64,000 nucleotides of DNA from assembly GCA_040954595.2 (NCBI GenBank), contig CM082589.2:2848075-2912074 (forward strand), given 5' to 3'. Source of the DNA: Balanoglossus misakiensis. Its lineage: Eukaryota > Animalia > Hemichordata. Under the pieces are notes generated by a model. That model saw nothing but the letters and a program-made list of their open reading frames with translations. It searched no databases and was not told the origin of the DNA. The position numbers and the translations under genes were made by a program. Below, piece after piece: positions 54,001 through 64,000 of the stretch. Each line of letters opens with the position of its first letter. Within the stretch, counting starts at the first letter, position 1.

Positions 54001-57000
54001 TTAGTTAGACATGCAAGGACACTTAATGCAGAATTCTGCGACTAATGATGGGCTAGCAGGTACCCGATTACGCGCAATATAGTATAAATCCAAAATTGGC
54101 ATAATTTGTGGATATTTGGCTCTTTTCAAGGCCCGCTGATCAAAGGCTTCGAAATGGGGATGCGATACGCCAAGCGTAGCGCCTGAAACTGAAGACGGGC
54201 CAATAGCGTAGCGAAACGACAGATTTCTGATCAGAGCGTGCAGTCAATATTGAGTTCATAACAGCCATAATATTTGACAAAGAAATTTGAATACGAGAAT
54301 CCCGCAGAAAACAAAACAAAAAGAATGCCTTTCTCCTCGCCCCCATTGAAAGGTAACACCGTGAAAAATTGACTTCGGTTTTCGACCGTGCATAGTCGGG
54401 TTTATTGTTGGCGGGTTGACGAGACATGGTTCGATTCCGATACGCAGCGAGAAGCTCCACTCATGTCAGGCGTTGTCAAACGTTTTAAATCCGCTAACTG
54501 CCAACCTATAATGCTAATTGATGTCGGTGATAGTGATTCACCATTGCATTCTGTGTCAGAAGCATCCCTGACAAATTCAGCGTATGTATTTTTTTCTGTT
54601 CGAAAAAAAACCCGCCTCGGTTATATCTGCCCTGCTTTTAAGCCGTCAGAGGTGGCAATAGACAACTATAGAGGGGTCAACACCATTGCAATTGTAGCCG
54701 GTCCCCGCCAACTGTCGGGGCCGTGACAAAATTTCATAAAACGCGACTCAACTAGATGCAAACCAAATTTTTAAAAATCATTACGCGGAGGGGTAATATT
54801 CATGGAACGGGAGTTGTGCATTCTGGGCATGTAGCATGTCCACATTGAGCATTCTAGATATCCACTGCTTTCAACGGTGAAAATGATGAACAACGCGACT
54901 TGTCAACGCCAACCAACAACGTTATGAATTGATAATATTCTCGCGAGTTAGGAAAACACCCTCGTTCTTCCTTGCAATACTCTAATTGTTTTGTTATTAC
55001 TGAAATACAATTTTTTGGCGTGGTGATACAGCCTTGTTTTCGTGTCGTCACACCAAATATTGTCAACGCGATGGCGACGCGTTCTACACCGACACAACTG
55101 GCAGCGAAGCAACCCCACAACGCATTTTCAATCACATATATTAGATTTTCAAAATCTGAAAGCTAAATCGTCGGTGCTCTGGGGTCACGGCTTTTTCTCA
55201 CTTAGCCGAGGCAATTGCCCAGGTTTTCAGGATTACCCAAACGGCTGACTATTTCTTGAGTGCCGAGACACAAAAGAGACTCCCATACAGCTGTCCACCA
55301 TCTATGTCGTTATGCAAGCCCCCATGTCAGAGAACACTTATCCATACTTTTTATTCCGCATCCATATATTTTTCCATCTCTTCCACTCGTCACTATACTC
55401 GCAATCTTGTGACTAAAAGGGGGAAACGTTTAGAGAGTATCATTGGGGCAAGAATCGTCGGAAGACATAATACAGAAATTGCTTCAACAAAAGACGTTAT
55501 GAATGACTGGGGTTTTTGAAATGGCTGACCCGAGTGCGTTATAAAATACCGCAGTCCTTTCATGGATAAATTGTTCGAATTTGAAATATGTATATGTTCA
55601 TTTTGTCGGCCAAACGAGCAGCACTTTTTTCTTTTTATTCCGCCTGGTAGAGGCGACGCCCGCGCTCTCCTAAACAGGAGCCCGCAACTCGATCAAATCA
55701 CGGCTTTGAGAATGATTTGATTGGAACCAAATCTGGAGTTTTTAGAGATTTCAAAAGTCGAATTAAATGCGGAGTCTGCAGAAACAAAAAAAAAAACATA
55801 ACCATCGTTAGTGTTGTCTTGCGGAGAGAAAAGTCGATCTTTCAGCGTTTAAGGCTGTAGAAATTCCAATAATCTCCAGTCTAGGCCAATATTAATTTTG
55901 ATGACATTTCCAACATTCTGATGAATGTTTGCATAGCCAATATCAACACGACTTGATCACCATTCCAGCAAGTTGAATGGAAGCTAGTCCTGTGCGCATG
56001 ACAGCCATGCATCACTGTTTGACAAATTCAACTCGACAATTATAAGACTCGAAATGATCAAAGGCAGGCGACGGAAGTGTCTGCGGATAAAAAGAGGGAC
56101 AAAAATACTTCCCCCCAGTAATACGATTTTCCAAGGGCTGAGAAATGTCGCGGTGGTATGAAATGAATAAACGCGACGAAAGTAGTTTTGACTCACGGTT
56201 CCATGATGGGGATGGAAAAAAAGCGACGTTACTTAGCATTTCAAAGCAGAGCCAGTCAACTCAAACAGCGAAGATTATAGTGCAGATTTGTTAGCTCAAT
56301 CGCGATAGTAAGAAGTTGATTTCAAATAAATGGGCCTCCGATTTAGACAGAAATAAAACTCGATAAATGATTCCGTTTGAGCTATAGAAAACCGTCAGGC
56401 AAACCACCAATTTTCATTGCTCTCATATACAGCACGTGAAATTACACATTTTGCATTTTTTATTCCAGTAAGATGGAAACGTTGTTTTTTGACAATTGGC
56501 TGCGTTTTAGTTTTTTATTATTGCATTTTGAGAGGCGTTAGGGCCATTACGTGAATTCAGCGATCTGTCGTTTTGGACAGAGAACACTCTGCACATTTCC
56601 ATGGTAATCGCATTAGTAAAATTTCGTTACATCTTAAAAAGGGGGGTGCTAATTCCGTATGCATGCCCCCGTGTACTGCGTTCTGAGATAAATGTGACCA
56701 ATTTCGACTAGGAAAATAAGTCTCGGTAATTTTCCACGCCTGTTACAGAATCACTCTAAGTCATTTTTCTCACGTTTTGCAGAGCAGCCCAGTCTGGGCT
56801 GTCATCTTTCACTGAAGTACTTTCCACTGGAAATTACGTCGTCTTTAACGGCGATGGTGTCAGGAGTTCCTCGGGGATACCTGAGATGTCCCACCGCAGA
56901 ACTCCCTAATCCAGACCCGTCTTAAAACGGGGGGATTACCTTCGTAATTTAACAGATTAATAATACATTTTTCTCCTCATCCGAGCCACTTAACTGATAA

Positions 57001-60000
57001 TTCAGTATGTGTGACTTCCAGAATGCATGCACGGGAATAGAAGTCAATCTCAGCCAGCTGACAGAGCCCACGAAGGCGCGGCCACGTGCTCGTTCAAAAA
57101 TACACATCTTTTTTGTGAAAAGGGTGTCAGGAATCGGAATGCGTGCGTTGAACAGCGGAGACGCTAGACGACGACTCCCGGGCCGTGCGATAAATAGCGC
57201 GAGCGTCTCCGCGGATAAATATCACGCAGGGAGTCTGGAATGGCGATTCGGACCGAGAACCGTACTGGGCAACACCGTATCATGGTCAACCCGTGGGGGT
57301 GATGGGGGGCAGTGTAATCAAGCAGACCGTCTGGGGTGACCCTGGCCGGTGGTTTGGCCCACAGACAAGACTAGAAGCATGCGAATAGCGGTGTCCGTGA
57401 TATCATTGGGCTTTTTTTTTACAAAACCCCACAGACGGCCGCGTGAGGCCTGTCTCCGGTGCAGCGCCAGTTGGGGCATAGCCTGCTGTGGATAAAGTTC
57501 TATTCCCACATGCCTGTACTGAGTCAACTTTGGGACCGTCGAGGCATCCTTGGCTGTGTTTGCAGTGAAACACAATATCGGGCACATTGAATCAAAAACA
57601 CAGAGATGGCACATACGCGGTGATTGTGGGTTATTTGACATGCGCGGCTCTGGGTATGTACGCCGCATGCCATCCAAGTGGGTATTATGCTATGGTGTTA
57701 CAAAGCGTTAACGTTTACAACACAAACATGTCAACTGCAAACACACAAAATGCAACAACCACTAGAACCTTGTCATCATAACATACATATTTATCGAGAA
57801 TTCGACGTATTAATCTTTAAAGACACTTAAATGATTTACACCACAAACCAAAACTCAGTGGTTCTTTCTTCTTAATCGGTAGCTTTTGAGGGTGACCAGT
57901 TTCTGCAGATTTTTTTAGACCCGCTGGTTCGAATTAATTTGTTTGACTATTTTAGTTTTGAAAGCTGGGGATTACTGGGGAAAACGTGACTGGGGTGTCG
58001 ACATGTTAAAAAGTCAGTGAGAATTTCCCACTGTTGTATAAGAGCAGCAGAGGGACACGACACGTCACACAATGATAAACACTGGCTCGCCACATCACCA
58101 TCAGAAATCGATGTGAAAATATCGATAGTGTAAAAAATACTGATGTTCGGTTTTAAGAGACGGAAGTTTTGCGGCGAGATGACGACAAGCCTACGCCGAC
58201 TCGTATTTCACTGATCCTACACGACAGCCCTGCGCTAACACGGTACTCGCTGATAGCGATTTAAAACATGCTGAATCTTCGCGTTAAACTGTATCGCCAG
58301 CCCCCTTTTAACCAAAAAATAATGTACACAGTGCGTCTCATGAAAAAAAAACTCCAAACAAGCCGTTTCTGTCGAACCGGGTCTCCGATTTCTCAACATT
58401 TCGGCTCATTAGTGTAAAAAGATATAGTACTCACATAGAACCTTGATAAGCAAACTGGTTTTCGATTTCACCGTGTGTTTTAATTTGCAGAGGGTGGCTG
58501 GCATACCTGTATGCGTTCTGTCAGGCAAAGTTCATCTCCGACCTCTGATTCAACTAGACAGTGCCACTCACAAAGAGAGAAACCAGTCCCAGAAGGAACA
58601 AAAATATAATAGTTCTGGAAATCGCGGCTTTATTAGGAAGGCCAAGTGTTTTGAGGAATTACTGAGGGTAATATCCACGTTTTACAAATAGATAAAGACT
58701 GGACGAGTGGATTTCCTTTTCGATTATGGTCCATTATTCTGGTTATGGAAGATTAGTGACAAGTAAAATCGCTAAACAGGGCTGCTGCCAATGACTGATT
58801 TTATGTCAGAGAAGTCAAATAGGAATAGGGCACTTCCTGAGCTTTGGTTTTTCAATGAATTGATTGATACACAAACCTCAGATGAGAAGTACTTTGTGCC
58901 ATGCTTGCAGACGGTTGTGACAAGGGGCCGAGTTTCTCTGCTAATATTTGTACCCTTCTGAGGGTGACGGGGACTTGGGGGTTGCCTACCATACCCAGTG
59001 TGCTTTGAGCGATTGGTGGTGTGTGTGGTCATCGGTAGTCTATACCGTCCAATTGCACCGTCCTGAGTGTTACTCACTAATTACAATCCGTGTACATGAG
59101 TAGCCCCGCTTTGTCAACCATACTTGTGAGAGAGCACGTTCCTCGGCATATCTTTTACTTCCAAATTTCACATAATTGTGAGTTATTGAACACAAGTTCA
59201 CCATAATTGCCCTGAAGTTAAATGTCCAATAATTGATCTTTTTGTTTGGCATTTTGGATCTGTGAATCCACCCTTCACCGTTACAGAACAACAATCTTCA
59301 GTCGCTGTCTGCACCCCTTTTTTCACCGCTGTCCCCAACCTCAATACGTCTCTTTTACAACCTTTAGCGGGTTTTATTCAAACCCGTACAATATAGCTTC
59401 CTGTTGCTAAAGATGTCGTCTGTTCGGCCGGACACATGGCCAGGGACCCCCTCACAAAGACACCAATGAATAACCCCAATGTGTCCTTTTGTTGTCGCCT
59501 GGTCCGCTACCCTGACGTGTCACTTGTACGAGTTCTACCGATCTCATAGTTTGCTCGCTCGATTTTTCTTGTGTAAACAATGAAGCCGTTCCTTACAGGA
59601 GAATCGTTTGCAGACTCAGATAGCCCTCAAGAGCACTTGAGTTAGTTGACTTACGGAGTGAATTCCCCTTCATGAATCTAGTAGCACCAAAGTCAATCCC
59701 CCAAATGCCTCAGTATGGCTTGACTAGTTACAGAACCCTACTTGAATACGGAACACATATCTCGTCGCCTGACATTGTTTTGACCCCTCCGTCTATAGAC
59801 CACTGATTTCTCTTAGATAAACTTCAACCATGCAGTTCTTTTCAGAGAGGTACTAAACTTATTGCCTGCTCATAAATTGTATCTGGAGAACGTGCTGACA
59901 TTACAGGTCGCCTCATTTGGTCCCCCGCTCAGAAATACGTCTTAAATGGCTTTTGTAGACTATATTAATATTTTCCCACTCATCGTTCAGCTACAAGTGA

Positions 60001-61341
60001 ACAATACGAGTGTGTGTGTTTAATATTTTATAGCATTTATGCGTACAGATTCATTCTCTTGTTCGCGTTTCAATAGGACGCAATCCACAAAAACCAATGA
60101 TGCGGATTAAACGCGGGAAAAACGACCAGGCGACAAAAATTCGAAACTTCTTTTTCTTTCAAGTCTAAAAGAATATGAAAATATAGCCAACGGTGCATTT
60201 TCAGACGAAAATGACTACAATTACGATTCCGCCGAAAAATTAATATCCTCGGACAAAATTTGTTTATTTTGTAGTGAAAAAAATTAGAGTAGCCGAGAAA
60301 AAAATGGAGTGCAAAAAACTGACTAGTTTTACTTAACTGTTGTTTACACAGACGAGCAACGAGAGTTGGCTGAAATGGAAAGGACATTACAACTATTACG
60401 ATGCCGCCGTGCAGTGGATGAGATATAGCGGAGACCACAATGTTAGTACAAAAACAATTACATAATATAAACCTCCACTTTTAGAATTTTCGACAGGATT
60501 ATTTTTCACAAAAATGGTCAAAGTGACACATTTTTTCCTGTTTGACACTTCCATTTTGAGTTAAATAAGCACGTGTGGGTTTTTTTTCTTCTAAAATGAT
60601 TGATTTCTTTGTGTGTGGGGGTCGTTGCGGCCACCTCCATTCATGGGTCAAAATTGAAAGGTGTGCAGACGGCACGAGTTTCTTTGATTTTTCTGACCGA
60701 CTTCCTAATTTTGCCAGGTATTTGGCGAAATCGTGACAGAATCTGGAGTGTTGACTTCTGCAGTCGCCCAAGGCAATGCAGAAAATTCTAATGGGGTCCA
60801 TCATGCATGACGTATAAAGAGTCTAGAATTTGTCGTTCACAAAGCCGTATTTACATACAACATCAAAATTACGTGTAATGACCAATATCTACCCCCAGAA
60901 CGAGGCCATTTCGTTGTCTTTGCACCCTCTGCCTTCTATGTCGCTGTTTTGTTCAAGGAGCAATTGTTGGTTCACTTATTGACCGAAAATCGTTAGCAGA
61001 GTCGAGCAAATTTCCAATAAACCCGATGCCTTCTCAAATCATGTTTTTTACCTTCTGTATTGTCGTCGAAAAAAATGGGGAAAATATGCTCACACCAATG
61101 AAAGAAAGTTAAGTAGCACAATAAAAGTAATAAAATATAACACCTACATTCAATTTATTAAAAAATCTTGTTTTCAAACACAGACACAGCGGACACAACA
61201 GTCTTTTGTTGGTTTCCAGAACCTCTCTTATTAACCAAAGCCCCCGCTCTAGTTATTGGCAAAATTGCCATCGCCTTTGGCTGTTTTACTTCAATTCAGA
61301 TATAGCTTACAACGTCTGTCTCTTTCTTCTCATTTCTGCAG

Positions 61342-61402
61342 CAAACGGGTGATGAGACAGGTACTTTTATTCCCGGGGAACACAACTCTGTCATTCGAAA
61401 GG
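61342..61402 (+). CDS. TFAP2: Transcription factor AP-2, exon 3 (QTGDETGTFIPGEHNSVIRK-G), phase 0/1
   Basis: Acceptor tctttcttctcatttctgcag| and consensus donor |GTAAGT. The 61 nt are in frame with exon 2 and align with the small vertebrate exon HVEDPGINIPDQTVIKK-G, which also ends in phase 1. Confidence 0.9.
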
Positions 61403-62951
61403 GTAAGTTACCAATTTTTGTCACATTTTTTCACCTTTTTGCGTTGTTTTTGAATGTGTGCGTCAAATTTAATTCCCGCGCAATTTGCCTACGCCTTGTT
61501 TTAGAAGGGGAAATTGTCTGGAACCCGCGTTGCTGGGTCTCTGGCACCCGATACCCGTTGTAGTGTAGCCCTTTCCTGTTTTCCTAGTACAAATAGTCCA
61601 TGTTTGTGAACGATTGTCCGCATTCCCCGCGGTCTCTCAAATTCGGTCGCTACATTCAGTCTCTCACGCTTAGGTACACGAGATTTGAGTGCTGCTCGCT
61701 GGCAAACCGTGAGCGGTTATTGTTACGAGTGGGAGCTAATCCCCAAAATATATACAGAGAGTACATATCGTTCATGTCGTGATCATAACAACAAACGCGT
61801 CAATTTTTACAACCTGTTAACCGGGGTCGTTGTAGTATTCACATTTTCCAATATCCACTGCGGCTTTTGCTGTTTACATTTCACATTTCAACCTCTCGGA
61901 ACTAAGCAAAGCAAAACCCCCCAGAATGAATCAAAATCGGCCACACATCCCATCAAAATTCATAGCCAGACGACAACTTTTGGTACGACTGAGAATGGGT
62001 CGTGGGCGAAGGACTCGTTGAACTCGGCAGGATTGTTATCGGTGTGTGTTCAGTGAAGTTTAATACATAGCAAAAAGGCTTCATTAAGTACTCTGTAACC
62101 CGATAGGCTACTCATTTTCGCCCACCGGTGCGTCTTGCTGCAACCGCACAGTCTTCCCCAGCAGTGAAGAAATAACTTGCCAGAGATTTTTGCATTATAG
62201 TATATGCATATGCAATTAACGTTAAATATATGCGCATTATATATAAATGGTCTAGAATTGGAAGAGGGTTCTGATTTCAGACACATTGTCCAATCCGCTA
62301 GCCCACAGCTGAGAAGCGTGAATCGTCCTAAATGAATTCGTCGCAACGTAGTGTATGTTTTGGTCGCCAAAGACTCAAAGTTTAATCAAGTATCTTCGCT
62401 GTTTTTTCTGTGTGTCCCTTCACGGGAGAGGGAGACGGGTAGATGGTTGATAATGGTGAAAGTGTTGACGGGTTGTAGATCAAGGCTCTATGGTTTGAAC
62501 CATGCGGTTGACAGATGAGAGGGGGGAAGGTCTCGCCAATGCCACGATTCCGTGAATGCGCGAAAATGAGTGAAGTGTGGAATAGGTATCAGGGTCACCG
62601 TATTTACTGCTTTATTATGGACAGGAAGAATGGACGCAGGTACACAAAACAAAAACTGGGTGTAGTTAATGAATACTCAGGCAAACGGTTGCTCCCTCAT
62701 TGGCAAGAAAAATGCCAAGAAAAAACTCCGAAATGCCCCATTGAGAAAATCACAATACGCTCATTGTGAAGCGATGTTTGTCTCTCGCTCAATCGGTGTG
62801 TACGCGGGCATGTCGGGAAAAGGTCCTACCGGAGAGAAAGTGAATGTTGAAATCTCGAGGAATTGACGATCAGCCCGCCGCCATTTTAAGTCGGAGATTT
62901 GTATTTATTTAGCCTCTCACCAGCGTCCAGGGGATTATTTGAGAATTGAGG

Positions 62952-62965
62952 GTTTCCATGGCAAC
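62952..62965. promoter_or_regulatory. RFX X-box
   Basis: GTTTCCATGGCAAC is a consensus match in intron 3. Function is inferred. Confidence 0.4.
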
Positions 62966-63781
62966 GGTAAGGGAGATGATGGAAAGTGGAGTAGGTGAGG
63001 TGAAGACGTCTGCGCTAGAACTCGCGTCGAATGAAAAGCCCTTTTCTCGTTCGGTTTAATACTGTCAAGCGAAGCATAAAAAGGTAAACTGTGAGAAATA
63101 AAAAAAATAACCAAGTGTAAATAAGCAAATCTCGCTTCTGTGGATAGCCGCGGTGTGCCGAGCGTTGAGATTCTCAACAAGCGCAGGTAAAAACCTCACC
63201 ACTGCTCAGATGGCCCGGCTCTTAGGTAAACACAAACTGACAAGGGAAACTGAGTGGTTCGACGCAAATTAAATGCGGTGCTGACGAAGAGGGCAGCGGG
63301 CGCGGGGTTCCCTCTCTCCGCCACAACCGGAGTGGCTGTCAAACAGGATATCATATGAGAAATTCATATTGTGCATTCATTATTCATAATTCTCCTTTCA
63401 CCAGATTTGAAAAGACACTCGACTTTTCCCCAAATGTGCAATTGCAAAAGGGATCGTCGAGCTGAAGCCGAGATCCTTGTCACGGCCAATTTTCGCAAAC
63501 AATCAAACTATGAGATTCCTTCTGCCATCCGGAATTACCCGACACTGGAAGACAATCGGAAGGGACAAACATAAATTCCACTATTCCATTTTCCAATTGG
63601 CGTGCGGCTATTTCTTAAGAGGGGTCACCCACAAAAGGTGTCGATAGCCTTACATAAAGTTGTTCGAGAAGTGACCCATAGAAATCCCAGGATACGTGTT
63701 AACACTTCGGATCAAGTTGCCATTTTGATAAAAAATTCATATATCTTGATATCCGTTAAAATGTCATTTTAACCGTTTGCT

Positions 63782-63803
63782 GTGTGTATATGTATATATA
63801 TAT
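63782..63803. repeat. short (TG)/(TA)n tract
   Basis: gtgtgtatatgtatatatatata. Confidence 0.7.
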
Positions 63804-64000
63804 AGGAACGGAATAATTTTCTGAAAACAAAATTCCCGATATTTATACATATTTATTCAGCAAATTACTCAGATAATACACCCGTTCTTCAAAGGTTTTA
63901 TTTTTGTAAAATTCGGGTTGCAAGAGCTGAATGTAATCGTTTCTGGAATTAGAAAACATTGGACAGAAAACGCGTCCGCTCCCACTGAACGTTGTCCGTC

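Noticed and set aside
54385-54445. tRNA/SINE-like fragment with GGTTCGATTCC
   Set aside because: It cannot be folded into tRNA stems and is too degenerate to call.
58491-58667. Acceptor-like TTTGCAG with an open frame to G|GTAATA
   Set aside because: The translation is unlike AP-2 and the donor is weak, so it is probably a chance pseudo-exon.
61403-64000. Search for the AP-2 basic/HSH exon (VFCSVPGRLSLLSS)
   Set aside because: It is not seen in the ORF track or in my read-through and presumably lies downstream of the window.

Overview
This is eukaryotic (animal) genomic DNA, not prokaryotic, and is almost entirely non-coding. It holds the 5' part of one large + strand gene for an AP-2 family transcription factor (TFAP2). 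Two internal coding exons are well supported. Exon 2 (47512-48006) encodes the Pro/His/Gln-rich activation domain with the [11 protein letters not shown] 'PY' motif. A 61-nt exon 3 (61342-61402, QTGDETGTFIPGEHNSVIRK-G) is missed by the ORF track and matches the vertebrate '...DQTVIKK-G' exon. The DNA-binding and helix-span-helix exons lie beyond the window end. Upstream are several candidate alternative first exons spread over about 29 kb: MSFSLSLK (17881), MIDMK (36036), MAQ (46701) and a weaker MPSVHG... (46857). Each ends in a phase-0 GT donor compatible with exon 2. A nearby uORF encodes LVHTYNSA, resembling the vertebrate MLVHTYSAM first exon. The rest looks like a gene-desert regulatory landscape with microsatellites and transcription-factor motif clusters. 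Essentially all other ORFs in the track look spurious. The organism is probably an invertebrate bilaterian (inference only). I found no rRNA, tRNA, CRISPR array or intact transposon, and no clearly novel system beyond the AP-2 5' architecture.
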